Of a stretch of DNA of 64,000 bases, positions 44,601 to 56,293 are shown piece after piece. Every line of letters begins with the position of its first letter. Within the stretch, counting starts at the first letter, position 1. The position numbers were made by a program, and so were the translations under genes. The notes under the pieces are model-generated. The model was given only the letters and a program-made list of their open reading frames with translations, was not told the origin of the DNA and did no database searches. This stretch comes from a virus, in IMG/VR virus record IMGVR_UViG_3300026457_000013, positions 1 to 64,000 of that record, one strand, 5' to 3'.

Positions 44601-46790
44601 AAAACCGCAGAAAATATACCGCGCGCAGTAAAATTAGCAGGCAGAATTGGTGAAGCTGGCAGAGCAGAAGAGCTATTTTCTGGCGGAACATTAGCAGAAC
44701 TAAGATCAGCAGCTATTTATAATCCAGCACTTTATGCGTTAGTAGAGCGCAGACAAAAGCTAGCACTAGCTCAACAACAAAAAGGTATTAAAAGTTCTAT
44801 AGAAGATTTTAATACTGCACTTGCTGATATTGCACTAGCAGCCGATGATAAAATAAAAGTATTAAATACTTTTATAAAAGGATTAGAAAATAGTATTAAT
44901 TCTGTTGTTACCGATACTGAGTATGGTATAGGAACAAAGTCCGTCATGTTGTTACAATTGGCAGAGATCCAGCGCAAAAAGTTAGTGGAAGAAGGCCAAA
45001 AACAAGTAGATATTGCCATTAGAACTGGCAGAGAACTAGTTTCTACTGCTAAAGGTGATACCAATAAGACATTGGCACAAGAAGCTGCCAATGAATTAGA
45101 ACGTAGAGCTCGATTAGAAAGCCAGATTAATTTAGAACTATTTGATCAGTCTGAAAACATAAGACAAGTAAATCAAAATAATCAAGACTACCTATCAATC
45201 TTAGATATAAAATATCAAAAATTAGACAAAGAGCTAGCTTTACAGCGCGAGTTAAGAAATTTAGAAACACTAAGACTAGATAATAGATTAAAATTAGAAG
45301 AAGAACTATTAGGTCAAGCAGATAGATTTAAAATATTAACTGATGACCAAATCAGAAATCAACGTAAACGTATACAAGAACAAAGAATAGAACGAGAATT
45401 AGCAAATAATTTATTTCAATTACAAGAAAGCAGAGCACAAGCAGCTAGAGATGCTGTAAAATCTGGCGGAATTGGGGACGACTCAGGAGCAGCTACTCCA
45501 CAACAAATAAGAGCAAGCGAAGCATATGCACTAGAACTAGACCGACTAAGCGCACTAGAAAAACAATATAAACTAACAGCCGAAGGCCAACGACAGCTAC
45601 TAGAAGCACAAAATCAATTTACACTACGCGAAGAGGCATATGCAGATGCATTTGTTCGTAGCTTTGATCGCATGACTGATGCCGTAGTAGAGTTTACAAA
45701 AACAGGCAAACTTAACTTTAAAAATCTAATAAATAGTTTCTTAGAGGACTTATTGCGATTTGAGGTTAAAACTGCTATGCAGCAAACTCTTAGTAGTTTA
45801 GGCGGCGGAATGGGCCTAGCCAAAACCGTACTAGGTCGTGTTGGCCTAGCCAGTGGCAAGCAAACACCAGAAACTATGCTGCAGCCTAAGGGCACTGAAG
45901 GCGATCCACTATATGTTTCAATAGTCGGACCAAGCATATCAAGCTATACTGGCTTAGGTAGACAGCCAGGAAAACCTGCGCCTATAGTTAGTAGAGATTC
46001 TCCAGATTTTTATACTGGCAGGCAGTTTGAGGCAGATTTACCAACACCAAATACTAGTGAACTATTAGCTGCTAATCGCATACCTTTTATAGTTAGTGGA
46101 GCCGAAGGCCCGTTTATTTATACAGATGTTAGACCAGAACAAAAAACGTTTGAAGAAAAAAAGTTTGAGGTATTAGGCAGTAAAGTAACACGCGAAAGTT
46201 TAGTTTTTGGCGAGCGCTGGGCGGAGGCAGTAACTCCTTCAATAGAAAGAGTTAGTGAAAATCTTAAACGTAGTTTTACTGTAAATCCTCAAGCTCTTGC
46301 TGATAGCATGATTGAGGGTTTCGAAGGCGGCTTCCAAGGCTTAGCTAGTATAGTGCAAAGAACCGCATTACAAGCTGGTGGAAGTTTGCTTGGTGGTTTA
46401 TTTAAGAGTTTACTTGGTGGTGGAGGAGGTTATGGCTCAGCATATGATGCACTATTAAATCCAGGACTATTTGGTGGTGTATTTGCTAAAGGCGGATCAC
46501 TATCAAGTGGAGAATGGGGTATTGCAGGAGAAGCAGGACCCGAAATCGTAACAGGTCCAGCAACTGTGTATCCTATGCAAAATACTAGCCAAGGTAAAGT
46601 TGAAGTTGTTGTAAACAACTACAGCAATGCTAGTGCAGAAACTCGTGAAACTACCGACAGTCGCGGTAATCGTCGCATTGAGGTAATCGTTGGTGAAATG
46701 GTAGCTGGTGAAATGTCTAGATCAAACAGCGCTGTACAGCAGTCACTAACAAATAATTTTGGTGCTAGACCAATGGTAGCAAGGAGATAA
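41610..46790 (+). CDS. tape measure protein
   Basis: 1726 aa, helical; T5 pb2-like N-terminus (YATYAANIFA, KLEPELLDELG); FAKGG...GEAGPE C-terminus. Confidence 0.92.
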   Translation: MAGNKINIDLSVQDQSSTIKQRTNDAKQLNNELEKAQRLMTGTKSGSRAMRASYGGVAGGEVEEYNRARGAAGVGGASARDFADQARGLGGLVRLYATYAANIFAVTAAFSALREAMQTDIMVKGLQQLSAASGTSMGSLAKQFSDVTDGAISFRESMQATAKAVSSGLSSSQFIELGKVAKGASQALGLDMSDAVSRLTRGITKLEPELLDELGLFTKTGKAAEEYARKVGKTEAQLTDFERRQAFANAVLEEGRQKFGEIAQAGNPYDKLLAQLKDVAQSILSTVNSIITPIAKLLADNTGLIGAAIALAAIKITKQAIPALTSWQAGLKDAAKAAKDRMGDVNEAFQGVFYSKTAAAAGIPELEKQLKAAQQSLTKSVTDKRTLESSSFKQVTTAKELSDKDRLKLAKDIDKYETSTVKHRQDQVAAAKEVLRIDSEIKNIRNQLNAAYDKTNDQMDKQAKFGSAIWQREQLTRAARQRYAELEIRSRVAENVDTMGVRGAVQELYKETAASKDLSKMGKFKTVTLGTLAAVTRGIEIAASAFSRFFFVIGAAVAVFQVLDSIFSKNNEQTQALNKSLDILNDTTQTAKDTADKYKDSISGDAIIAFSNSLDELTQSLKNVTKGFIEAQEAAGYWDFIWDRIKDVTPFVDSLQESTSKSIGKSLVAAIKSVPEGPMRDELSQKFFKTLKLGDTALVNTETFTNALKGLDAETYGKVIQQLGVDQAGVNEKFKESTIYLRDLESSTEAATKAQQAFNNSLKDTSPVAQFFRTSISLADTLSKALKQVDFNAQLGALDKLSKVDLTIFDPSVALEIAKQVNAYKDAAPRYKELTSIAADAEKEVARLNQMIIDSQIIDPFTGLVYVDPKLQKSVSEVEDTLNKAKKAAEDLKEKTKQIANETQLLIEKSVGATIARSLDAFSTKLRQAVVEQQKYILSKFPVSTEAGIQLSNKLAKEQIDLDFKLINSQEMLSASQDLLRIQIQRLADIEELKNLPKTAENIPRAVKLAGRIGEAGRAEELFSGGTLAELRSAAIYNPALYALVERRQKLALAQQQKGIKSSIEDFNTALADIALAADDKIKVLNTFIKGLENSINSVVTDTEYGIGTKSVMLLQLAEIQRKKLVEEGQKQVDIAIRTGRELVSTAKGDTNKTLAQEAANELERRARLESQINLELFDQSENIRQVNQNNQDYLSILDIKYQKLDKELALQRELRNLETLRLDNRLKLEEELLGQADRFKILTDDQIRNQRKRIQEQRIERELANNLFQLQESRAQAARDAVKSGGIGDDSGAATPQQIRASEAYALELDRLSALEKQYKLTAEGQRQLLEAQNQFTLREEAYADAFVRSFDRMTDAVVEFTKTGKLNFKNLINSFLEDLLRFEVKTAMQQTLSSLGGGMGLAKTVLGRVGLASGKQTPETMLQPKGTEGDPLYVSIVGPSISSYTGLGRQPGKPAPIVSRDSPDFYTGRQFEADLPTPNTSELLAANRIPFIVSGAEGPFIYTDVRPEQKTFEEKKFEVLGSKVTRESLVFGERWAEAVTPSIERVSENLKRSFTVNPQALADSMIEGFEGGFQGLASIVQRTALQAGGSLLGGLFKSLLGGGGGYGSAYDALLNPGLFGGVFAKGGSLSSGEWGIAGEAGPEIVTGPATVYPMQNTSQGKVEVVVNNYSNASAETRETTDSRGNRRIEVIVGEMVAGEMSRSNSAVQQSLTNNFGARPMVARR

Positions 46791-46791
46791 T

Positions 46792-47154
46792 ATGCCTATT
46801 CCTGTATGGCCAGTAACATTGCCACAAAGTCCTCAAAAAGACTTTCAAGAAACTATTGGCATAAATATTGTTCGTTCTAGTATGGATGCAGGTCCGGCCA
46901 AGCAGCGATTGCGTGGCCGTAGACCTAGTATGCTAAGTTTAAGTTTTATAATGACTACCAGCCAAACACAAACACTAGAAACTTTTGTAAACACCGACCT
47001 GCTAGGCGTAAAGCGATTTACATTTACACATCCTAGAACTGGTGCTAGCGTTGAGTGTAGGCTAGTGCCGCAAGGCGATGGACAATTTTTTACGCTTCAA
47101 TATCGTGCGCCAGGATACTGGCAAACTAACTTACAATTTGAAGTATTACCATGA
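46792..47154 (+). CDS. distal/minor tail protein
   Basis: WPVTLPQ, RSSMDAGPAKQR, F.FTHPRT. Confidence 0.75.
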   Translation: MPIPVWPVTLPQSPQKDFQETIGINIVRSSMDAGPAKQRLRGRRPSMLSLSFIMTTSQTQTLETFVNTDLLGVKRFTFTHPRTGASVECRLVPQGDGQFFTLQYRAPGYWQTNLQFEVLP

Positions 47155-47708
47155 GTAGACTGAGTACACTATCCGCAGACGCTATACGCGCTATGTTTTC
47201 GTCTGAAACAGACGAGCAATTAATTATGCTTGTAACTATTACAGATCCAGAAGATCTAGCAAATCCTATACGTTTAGCAGATGGATTTACTCAACGACTT
47301 ACTGGAGCTACAGCTACAACAAACACTATTACAGGCGATACTACTGATAGTGAAGTAATTTATGGCGTTATAAGTAACAGCCTTAGATATGTATTTTTAC
47401 CAATGCAAATTACCCTACCCACAGAGCAAGAAACTGGGGTAGGAAATTGCTCAATTGTATTTAATTATGTTACACAAGAAGCAATCTATTTAATTAGACA
47501 ACACCTTACAAAACCAGCTGAAGTAAATATACAATTAATACTAGCTAGTGATCCTAACTACATAGAAGCTAGTTTTCCTAAATTTTATATTACCAACGCC
47601 ATTTATAACGCTGAAAGTATACAACTACAACTAGAAATGATTAGCTTTAGTCGTGAGCCTTTTCCTAACTTTAACTTTACACCATTATATTTTCCAGGAT
47701 TGTTCTAA
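47151..47708 (+). CDS. minor tail protein (DUF1833-like)
   Basis: LVTI, FLPMQITLP, EPFP...FTP..FPGLF. Confidence 0.75.
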   Translation: MSRLSTLSADAIRAMFSSETDEQLIMLVTITDPEDLANPIRLADGFTQRLTGATATTNTITGDTTDSEVIYGVISNSLRYVFLPMQITLPTEQETGVGNCSIVFNYVTQEAIYLIRQHLTKPAEVNIQLILASDPNYIEASFPKFYITNAIYNAESIQLQLEMISFSREPFPNFNFTPLYFPGLF

Positions 47709-50700
47709 TGAATTATAATAAATATATTGGCTTACCATATAAAGAAAATGGTAGAAGCACACAAGGTGTAGACTGCTGGGGATTAGCCAGACTATTTTAC
47801 AAGCACGAGCTAGGCATAGAATTGCCTAGCTATACAGAATTATACGCTGGCAGCTATGACCCTAAGGTTGTAGCTGCTATTGACTATTATAAGGATGGTT
47901 GGGAGCCAGTTGCTAACCCACATCCAGGTGACCTATGTTTGTTCAATATCCTAGGCGAACCAGCTCATATTGGCATATACATAGGCGATCAACGATTTAT
48001 ACACAGCAGAGATGGTTTAGATAGCGTAATTGAACGCCTAGATAACTTTAGCTGGAAACGCAGACTACTAGGATTTTACAGATATAAACCTACTAGCATT
48101 ATAGCTACTGGCAAACCGCATCCACTGCAGTGGTCTAATACTGTACTAGAAGGTGTGCGTGTAGGTACTACATGCAGCGAATTCGCTAGCTATATTATTG
48201 ATAAGTATAAGCTAGGCAAACGACTAGCTAATAAGCTGCTGTTAACTATAGACGGTGTAATAGTACCACAAGAACAGTGGAATACTACAATTATTAATGC
48301 TGGACAAAATATCAACTATAGAGTAGTTGCTCAAGGACGTCAAGGATTACGCCTAGTATTAATGATTGCAGTATTTGTAATCTCTCAAGATCCAGTAATA
48401 GCTGCAAAAGTAGGTGCTGCAGTTGGCGGCACTGCCGCAGTTGGCAGCGCAATTATACAAATTGCTGGTACTGTACTCATCAACGCAGCATTTCCTATTA
48501 GACCCCCTGAGGTAAAAGATCCAGGACAAACAATTGGTGCTAGCCTATTTACTGGCAGTCAAAATCAAGCCAACCCATTTGGTGCAATTCCAGTAGTACT
48601 TGGACGCAATCGTGTTACTGGTGTACTAGGTGCAACACCATATATAGAAACACTAACCAATACCAACCTACTACACTTATTAATCATCTGGGGATTTGGC
48701 CCACTGCAAGTTGATGAAAATACTATTAGTGTTGGTGCTACACCGCTTAGTGAATTACATAGTGACAAACTATTATATAATAACACAGAGGTAGCTTATA
48801 CACTAGGTGGATTAACTACTGAAACTCAAGCACAAGCAGATACCTTTAACAGCTATTATCCTAGCGATGTACAACAACTACCAGCTAGTCCAGTTGAACT
48901 TGTAAATAATAACAATGACGGAAATCCTTGGACACTAGTAACATTTACACAACCAGCTACTAGCATTGATGTTGCCTTTAATTTTCCTGAAGGTTTGCGG
49001 GCTATTTATACCAAAGATGGTAAAACAGACAAGTTTAATGTTAGCCTAGGAATTGAAATTGTACCTGCTAATCAAGTACAAACTAATCCTAACCTAGATA
49101 GTACCGCTAGTAGTAATATTGATTATTATAATTTAAGCAGCAGTAAAACTGAGCAGGTAGATGTACCGCAACTATGGGTTATTAATGAAACTACTTCAGC
49201 TACTATTTATCAACGATTTACTGCTTGTTTGCGACCAAATGCAGACAGCTTAACTATATTTGCCGGAGCTGCTAGCGATACTAATAGTAGTAATCCTAGT
49301 GCAGCTTATAAGTCCTATTTAAATAGCACTGCATATACTCAACTATTAGGCACACAGCGTGACTTTATTTTTGAACCACAAATTCCCAGCGGGTATTTAC
49401 GACTGTACAGCTTTACACTAGACAGCGGTAATAACATATCTAATCAAACAGATCATACTAGTGGTTATACCACGCTGGTCAAAAGCGGCCTTAACTTTTC
49501 ACTAACACAATCTACTAAGCAAGACTATAGTAGTGGTGGTGCAGAAACACTTTTCTTACCAGCATTTAATATTACGGTTAGCGCTGGTAGTTTAACTAGC
49601 ACAACACTTAGCAGTGCTAATGCTGTAACACAACTAACTGTATTTAACAGTAGAACTAATTTTGCCAACATAACAAACGTTACTAGAACTGATGATATTT
49701 GGCATAATTTTTTAAAGCAATACGGCGTTTGGGGCACTGCAGATATATCTACTAGCGTTAGCTTTGATCAACAAACAACATTTACTGCTCCATATGATGG
49801 TACCTACCTATTAGATTTTTCAGCTGATGATTATGGCCAGGTATACATTGATAATGTTACAGTTGGTACTAGTACACCAGTAGTTAGTGTAAGCAAAAAC
49901 TTTAGAAGCTTTACTACCAAAGAAGTCTACTTAGGTGCTGGTACGCATACTATTAGAGTTACTGCTACTAGCGCTCAAGCAGTTGGAAATACGGGACAAT
50001 CATCAGCAGGTATAGCTTGTGTAATTAGATTTGTTTATGATGGTGTACAAAATGTACTACCAACACGCGGTTATAAAATAATTACAATTAGCAGAAATTA
50101 CAAAGATGCATTTAACTATGTATATAAACTAGAAAATATACCTAGAAATACTTATGCTGTACGTGTTAAACGTATTACCAATGATGACCCAGAACAAATA
50201 GCAGACTGGCGTGTAGCTTCTAGAGTATCGCTGCAGGTAGTTAGTGCATATGACAGTATAGATAATCCACCACTTAAACCACTGCCTAAACGAAAACTGC
50301 GAAATAATAGCGGTACAGTAATTGCAGAAGAGCCGCGTAATTTAGCTAGAACTGCTATTAAGGTACAAAGTACTAATAAAGTAAATGGTACGCTGCAAGG
50401 CGTAAATGCTATGGTACAAACTATAGCAAAAATAAATATTGCTAGTAACGGCACTTATACGTATGGTGCAACAAATAATCCAGCAAGTTTATTTGTGCAT
50501 GTACTACAACATACTGCTAATAGTTATAGTGTTAATGACAGCGAAATAGATTGGCCTACTATAGCCAGCTGGTATAATTTTTGCAATGCTAATTCAGCTG
50601 CTGAGTACAAGGTAAACTACAACCAACCTATATTAGCCTATAATAACGTTATATCTAGTACGCAAAATTTAATGGAATTGCTACGCGATATTTGTGCTGC

Positions 50701-52447
50701 AGGTATGGCTAGTCCTACTTATGTTAATGGTAAGTGGAGTGTTGTAATAGATAGACTTAGATCACATACTATTCAACATTTTACTCCACATAACAGCTGG
50801 GGATTCGAAAGTACAAAAACATTAGTTAGAATACCAGATGCATTTAGAATAGCATTTGCAAACGAAACTAAAGCTTATCAAGCTGACGAAATCATTGTTT
50901 ACAACTATGGTTACGGCGAAACAGATGGTTATATAGTTACTAGCGGCAGTTTTGTTACCGGCAGAACGTATAAGATTACTAAACTGGGAACTACTACGCA
51001 ACAGCAGTGGAATACTGCGGCAGGTACTAGTGGTGTAGTTTATGTAGTAGGCGATACCTTTGTAGCAGCAGCTAGTGGCAGTGGAAATGGTCAAGCATTT
51101 ACTACACAAGGTACTAGTGGCAGAGCTGTTAAAGGTGCGGAAATATTTGAACAACTAACACTACCTGGTGTAACTAATCCAGATCAAATTAGATATTTTG
51201 CAAGCTGGCACCTAGCACAATTAAAACTGCGACCCGAAACTTACTCACTAAATAGTGATTTTGAGTACCTAGTATGTACACGCGGTGATTTAGTAAAAGT
51301 AACACACGACGTTCCGCTCTGGGGCGTTGGATCTGCTAGAATTAAAAGTATTAGTGGAAATACTATAACGCTTACTGAAGCAGTGCTGTTGGATAGTACC
51401 AAATCTTATAGTATAACTATTAGAACTAATGCACTTACAACTACTGAAGGTTCTGGATCAGTTACTAGAGCTATTCAAAATGTAGGTACTAGTAACTATT
51501 ATACTACAGTTACTACTACAACTAGTTTTACTGGTGTAGAAGCCGATAATCTAGTAATGATTGGCGAAAACAATAGTGTTAGCCAAGATCTTATAGTACT
51601 TAGTGTTGAACCTACTTCAAACGTAAGCGCCAGATTGGTGTTAGCTGATTATAGTCCTGATATTTATACTAAAGACTTAGATAACGAATATATACACTTT
51701 AATTCTAATATCACGCTACAAAATACAGATATAGTAAAAAATACTATTATTAAAGCACCCAAAGTAACAAATGTTTCTAGTAACACCTATTACAGCACAG
51801 AAATATCTAATGGCAACTATGCTAATACAACCATTATTAGCTTTAGTAATCCTACGGATTTAACAGCTAATACAACGCATGTTCAGCTACAAGTAATTGA
51901 ATCGAACAGTGTATTCAACGACCTAGATCCACAAAATACATATTTGGTTAATAAGGATACTGGCAGTTTAACAGTTGTTGGACTCAAAACCGGTTATACT
52001 TATAAAACTCGTGCTAGGTATTCTAATAGTACTGCTAGTGTGTTTGGTCCCTGGAGCGATGAACAGATATTTTATGTAGATGGTAAAAGTGATAATCCGT
52101 TTGCTGTTACTGATGTGGCTATTACGTTACAAGGTACTAATATTATAGTTAAACCTATAATTACTGGTACTGAACCAGCAAACCATAAAACATATGTATT
52201 TAGACTATATAGAACAACTAGTAGCGGTAGTGCAGATTTTTGGACAACTAGCTGGGATAGTACAAATATGCTAGAAATACAAAGTAGAACACAAGCAGTA
52301 TTTAATCTACTAAACTTGCCTAGAGATACTGGCAGAATAAGTAGTAGTGGAGTTAATTATAGAATAGCTTGCAGAGCACTAGATAACACTGATGTTTATA
52401 GTACTACTAGTGCTGTAGGTAGTATAAAGATTCAGACCTTACAGTAA
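47708..52447 (+). CDS. NlpC/P60 domain fused to tail-tip/host-specificity (J-like) protein
   Basis: YIGLPY..GR...GVDCWGL...HIGIY; FGAIPVVLG, NNPA, TRGDLVKV; FnIII-like C-terminus. Confidence 0.85.
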   Translation: MNYNKYIGLPYKENGRSTQGVDCWGLARLFYKHELGIELPSYTELYAGSYDPKVVAAIDYYKDGWEPVANPHPGDLCLFNILGEPAHIGIYIGDQRFIHSRDGLDSVIERLDNFSWKRRLLGFYRYKPTSIIATGKPHPLQWSNTVLEGVRVGTTCSEFASYIIDKYKLGKRLANKLLLTIDGVIVPQEQWNTTIINAGQNINYRVVAQGRQGLRLVLMIAVFVISQDPVIAAKVGAAVGGTAAVGSAIIQIAGTVLINAAFPIRPPEVKDPGQTIGASLFTGSQNQANPFGAIPVVLGRNRVTGVLGATPYIETLTNTNLLHLLIIWGFGPLQVDENTISVGATPLSELHSDKLLYNNTEVAYTLGGLTTETQAQADTFNSYYPSDVQQLPASPVELVNNNNDGNPWTLVTFTQPATSIDVAFNFPEGLRAIYTKDGKTDKFNVSLGIEIVPANQVQTNPNLDSTASSNIDYYNLSSSKTEQVDVPQLWVINETTSATIYQRFTACLRPNADSLTIFAGAASDTNSSNPSAAYKSYLNSTAYTQLLGTQRDFIFEPQIPSGYLRLYSFTLDSGNNISNQTDHTSGYTTLVKSGLNFSLTQSTKQDYSSGGAETLFLPAFNITVSAGSLTSTTLSSANAVTQLTVFNSRTNFANITNVTRTDDIWHNFLKQYGVWGTADISTSVSFDQQTTFTAPYDGTYLLDFSADDYGQVYIDNVTVGTSTPVVSVSKNFRSFTTKEVYLGAGTHTIRVTATSAQAVGNTGQSSAGIACVIRFVYDGVQNVLPTRGYKIITISRNYKDAFNYVYKLENIPRNTYAVRVKRITNDDPEQIADWRVASRVSLQVVSAYDSIDNPPLKPLPKRKLRNNSGTVIAEEPRNLARTAIKVQSTNKVNGTLQGVNAMVQTIAKINIASNGTYTYGATNNPASLFVHVLQHTANSYSVNDSEIDWPTIASWYNFCNANSAAEYKVNYNQPILAYNNVISSTQNLMELLRDICAAGMASPTYVNGKWSVVIDRLRSHTIQHFTPHNSWGFESTKTLVRIPDAFRIAFANETKAYQADEIIVYNYGYGETDGYIVTSGSFVTGRTYKITKLGTTTQQQWNTAAGTSGVVYVVGDTFVAAASGSGNGQAFTTQGTSGRAVKGAEIFEQLTLPGVTNPDQIRYFASWHLAQLKLRPETYSLNSDFEYLVCTRGDLVKVTHDVPLWGVGSARIKSISGNTITLTEAVLLDSTKSYSITIRTNALTTTEGSGSVTRAIQNVGTSNYYTTVTTTTSFTGVEADNLVMIGENNSVSQDLIVLSVEPTSNVSARLVLADYSPDIYTKDLDNEYIHFNSNITLQNTDIVKNTIIKAPKVTNVSSNTYYSTEISNGNYANTTIISFSNPTDLTANTTHVQLQVIESNSVFNDLDPQNTYLVNKDTGSLTVVGLKTGYTYKTRARYSNSTASVFGPWSDEQIFYVDGKSDNPFAVTDVAITLQGTNIIVKPIITGTEPANHKTYVFRLYRTTSSGSADFWTTSWDSTNMLEIQSRTQAVFNLLNLPRDTGRISSSGVNYRIACRALDNTDVYSTTSAVGSIKIQTLQ

Positions 52448-52456
52448 GGAAAGTAT

Positions 52457-55400
52457 ATGGCATTAACAATTACACCAGGTCCAAAATCTTTAGAATTATA
52501 TTTTACTGTACCCACAGGCAAGATATATATTGATGATGATACTAACAGTCCTCTATCTACTCAGGTAGAGGAATTAGTACAGCGCGATGACCTAGTTAAC
52601 TTAAAAGTTTGGGCTAGTACAACTAGTGGTTTTACACCAGATGCTAGTACACTAAAATATGACGCTACTTTTCAAAGCAAGCTAACACTAACAGATTTAT
52701 TAGCTAATACAACCTATTATGTAAAGTACGCCTATATTAGTAAAATAGATCCTGATAGTTATACTATATCAGCTCAATCAAGTGCTACTACAGAAAGCGG
52801 AGTAGCACTACTAACACTTGACCCTACTGATTGGGCTTTTATTTTTGATAATAATTTGGCTACCACAGCCAATTATCCCGCTAGTATTACGTTTACCGCA
52901 AATAAACAAAATATAACAGGTGCAGTAACATTTACAGCTACTGCATATAATAGTAGTAATACTAGTTTAGGCAGTATTACACTAACTGGCACCGGCGATA
53001 TTAGAACACTTACTGCAGCTAACTTTAATAGCTTAGGCACAACTACAGTTAGATATGTAAAAGTAGTTGCTACGCTAGGAACACTTAGTGATACTGTGAC
53101 TATTTGGCGTGGTGATAATGGTAGTGATGCACTAACATTTTTATTAACTAATGAATCACATACAGTACCAGCAGATAGTAGTGGTAGTGTAACTAGTTAT
53201 ACTGGTGCAGTTACATATGCTGCAATATTTCGTGGCATTACTAATGAAACAAGTTTATGGACTATTACTAAAAGTGATGGGACCGGTTTAACGACCACAT
53301 TAACTGGCACAGGCACTAGTAATATAACGCTTACTGTCAACACATTAGCTAGTGGAACAGATAGTGCAATTAGCACAATTACTGCTACTAGAACAGGTTA
53401 CCCTACATTAACAAAAGACTTTTCTATTAGTAAAAGTAAGGCGGGTACTAATGGAACCAATGGTTTACCAGGAGCCACAGGTCCAACCGGCCCACAAGGT
53501 AATCCAGGCAGTGCCGGTACAACTGGACTAGAGGGTATACGTACTATAACAGCCTATAGATTACGTAGTCAAAGTGATGCACTACTAACAACAGCACCCA
53601 GCAATACTAGTGGTGCAACCGCTCCTGTAGATTATAGTCTAACAGCACCTAGTGCTACAGTTGGTCAAGTAGTTTGGTATAGTTTTGGCAGATATAATCC
53701 TAATGCTACTACCTTAGAAAGCATACCAGCAAATACTACAATATGGAGTGTACCAATTGCTGCTAGTGTATTTCAAGATATACGCAGTGATAACTGGACT
53801 GGAGGCACACCTAGTGGCGGTACATTTACTAGCAATACAGGATATTATTTAAACAGAACTGAAGGAAGCTTATACGCTACTAATGCATATTTACGTGGTC
53901 AATTAGTAACAGGTGTAAGTGGTGCTCAGCGCATTGAAATAAATAAAACTGATGCTAATAAAGTAGCTATTTATAATAATTCCGATGAATTACTAGGTTA
54001 TTTTGGTGGTCTTGGAACAAGCGCTTCACCATTACTAAATCTTACTCCAGTATTAGGACTTTTTAATGTTGTATATGGAGCTATAACCGTACTTCCAAAT
54101 CCTGCTGGTACAATAGGCGAATCCGCCGCTTATTTTGCTAGAACTATAGACTCAACAATTACTAGCGAACTAGGCAGTTGGACTACCAATTATGGCGTAA
54201 CAGTAAAAAAAGGTGCCTATGGTTCCGTTAATTATGGATACCTAGCACAAGGATATTTAGGATACTCTGACTCATCTAGTTATAGTGCGGCCGGTAGATT
54301 TTATAATGCTCAAGGTGGTACAGAAGTTTCAATTGGTGATTCAGCCGGATATGCATTAAATATTCGTAGCGGAACTTTTAGATATGGTAGTGTAACTATT
54401 AGTGCGCCACCTAATAATACTACAACATATTTACGTGCTGATGGTACTTGGAGTAGTGTTTCTGGTTTACCTAGTGGTGGCACAGCTACACAAGTATTAA
54501 TTGGTAACGGTACTTGGACTGATAGTCCACAACTTGTAAATCCTGCTGCAAGTGGTGGTTATTATGGTATTAGTGCTGGAGTTAGTAAGAAAATCTTAGA
54601 CTATGACAATAGTGCTATGGCAACTATTGTTGGCAGAGAGATAACTAATGGTGGCTTTGTAATAACCAGTAATGCCGTTAGACCATTACAATTACGCAGC
54701 ACAGCAGTAACAGATCTAGGAACTACCAGTGGTGGCGACTACACTTTTAGAAACTTTGGTTGGGGCGGGTACCTAATACCTCCACCACCAGGCGGCACTG
54801 GCTCATTTTTACGAAGTGATGGTACCTGGGGCACAGCCAGCGGGCCACAAGGACCTACAGGTCCAACAGGGCCGCAGGGCATAGCCGGTCCAACAGGCCC
54901 ACAAGGTACGCAAGGTACGCAAGGAGTAGCAGGTCCTACAGGTCCACAAGGTACGCAAGGAGTAGCAGGTCCTACAGGTCCACAAGGTACGCAAGGTACG
55001 CAGGGCACTCAAGGTACACAGGGAGTAGCAGGTCCTACAGGTCCTACAGGTGCAACTGGTACGGTTAGTGCCGGTACACTTACTTCTAACCTTACATTTC
55101 AAAAAGATGTACCCCAAATACTATTAAGATCAGCAGGTGCTGCAACACAGTGGTATATAGGTGCTAATATCAGTGATGGTGTAAATGACGGAATTCATAT
55201 TGGTCAAGGTACAGGCATTGGCGGAACGCTAAGAGTAAATATAGATTATTTAGGTCGTATTAAAGTTCCAGAAGTATATAATACTACAGTAACAGGTCGC
55301 GATGTTTATGTAGATAGTTCAGGTATGCTTGGTTACTTAAGTTCAACACGTGCTAGTAAGACTAACATTAGCCCATTACCTAATACTAATTGGATATATA

Positions 55401-55654
55401 ATCTGCAGCCAATAACTTTTAATTTTAAAAAGAAAGATAAGCTTGGTAGATATACTAGTGATATAGAAACAGATATACAATATGGTTTAATTGCTGAGGA
55501 TGTAGAGTTGGTAAATGACGAATTATGTATTTATGATATAATCGACGGTAAAAAAATTCTACAAGGTATTAGTTATTCAAAACTTATAGTTCCACTAGTA
55601 AAAGCAATTCAAGAGCTCAAATTAGAAATTGAATTGCTAAAAACACAAGTATAA
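52457..55654 (+). CDS. tail fibre with collagen segments and C-terminal intramolecular chaperone (peptidase S74-like)
   Basis: [17 protein letters not shown] runs, [34 protein letters not shown]. Confidence 0.85.
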   Translation: MALTITPGPKSLELYFTVPTGKIYIDDDTNSPLSTQVEELVQRDDLVNLKVWASTTSGFTPDASTLKYDATFQSKLTLTDLLANTTYYVKYAYISKIDPDSYTISAQSSATTESGVALLTLDPTDWAFIFDNNLATTANYPASITFTANKQNITGAVTFTATAYNSSNTSLGSITLTGTGDIRTLTAANFNSLGTTTVRYVKVVATLGTLSDTVTIWRGDNGSDALTFLLTNESHTVPADSSGSVTSYTGAVTYAAIFRGITNETSLWTITKSDGTGLTTTLTGTGTSNITLTVNTLASGTDSAISTITATRTGYPTLTKDFSISKSKAGTNGTNGLPGATGPTGPQGNPGSAGTTGLEGIRTITAYRLRSQSDALLTTAPSNTSGATAPVDYSLTAPSATVGQVVWYSFGRYNPNATTLESIPANTTIWSVPIAASVFQDIRSDNWTGGTPSGGTFTSNTGYYLNRTEGSLYATNAYLRGQLVTGVSGAQRIEINKTDANKVAIYNNSDELLGYFGGLGTSASPLLNLTPVLGLFNVVYGAITVLPNPAGTIGESAAYFARTIDSTITSELGSWTTNYGVTVKKGAYGSVNYGYLAQGYLGYSDSSSYSAAGRFYNAQGGTEVSIGDSAGYALNIRSGTFRYGSVTISAPPNNTTTYLRADGTWSSVSGLPSGGTATQVLIGNGTWTDSPQLVNPAASGGYYGISAGVSKKILDYDNSAMATIVGREITNGGFVITSNAVRPLQLRSTAVTDLGTTSGGDYTFRNFGWGGYLIPPPPGGTGSFLRSDGTWGTASGPQGPTGPTGPQGIAGPTGPQGTQGTQGVAGPTGPQGTQGVAGPTGPQGTQGTQGTQGTQGVAGPTGPTGATGTVSAGTLTSNLTFQKDVPQILLRSAGAATQWYIGANISDGVNDGIHIGQGTGIGGTLRVNIDYLGRIKVPEVYNTTVTGRDVYVDSSGMLGYLSSTRASKTNISPLPNTNWIYNLQPITFNFKKKDKLGRYTSDIETDIQYGLIAEDVELVNDELCIYDIIDGKKILQGISYSKLIVPLVKAIQELKLEIELLKTQV

Positions 55655-55668
55655 ATATTGGAGTTAAA

Positions 55669-55971
55669 ATGAATTGGTCAATTATTAGATTAGAGGTTAA
55701 ACCAAGTTACAATAATTTGCAAGATGTTGTAGTTTTAGTAAATTGGATGCTTACAGCATCTAACAATGGTGTTACAGAAACTATAGAAGGTATTACACTA
55801 GTTGATCCACCAGGTGAAGTGTTTGTAGCCTATGAAAACTTAACACAAAATGAAATTTTTGATTGGGTATGGAACAAAATAAGTAAAACTGGAACAGAGG
55901 AATTATTAACTCAAAGAATACAAGATAAAATTACACCACCAACCGTTAATAAACCACTACCGTGGAACTAA
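55669..55971 (+). CDS. tail-fibre-associated small protein
   Basis: DVV..VNW, FVAYENLT...WV, LPW end. Confidence 0.7.
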   Translation: MNWSIIRLEVKPSYNNLQDVVVLVNWMLTASNNGVTETIEGITLVDPPGEVFVAYENLTQNEIFDWVWNKISKTGTEELLTQRIQDKITPPTVNKPLPWN

Positions 55972-56100
55972 ACAAATAAATTATATTAGATAATTAAAAA
56001 ATTTTACATAACAAAACTACTATGACCTGGCGACTGAGCTGACTAAACCAACTTGGATACCGCAAAAGGGTCTATAAAGAACTGAAAAAGTTCACGGTAA

Positions 56101-56169
56101 TGCCCTGCTTAATATTGATTAAGCAGGGCATTTTTTATAGTTGACAACCTCTTGCCCTTGTGCTATAAT
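56101..56169 (+). terminator. terminator then sigma70 promoter
   Basis: TGCCCTGCTTAAT-ATTG-ATTAAGCAGGGCATTTTTT; TTGACA-17-TATAAT at 56141-56169. Confidence 0.85.
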
Positions 56170-56293
56170 ATACAAGAGTCAAAAAAGGTTTAAATATTTT
56201 TACTTGACAATAAGCAGTGCCACTAAAACACAGTTGGCAGCCTAGCTACAACTAAACTTGTATCTTAATCACTGCTAACAAATAGGAGCTGCA

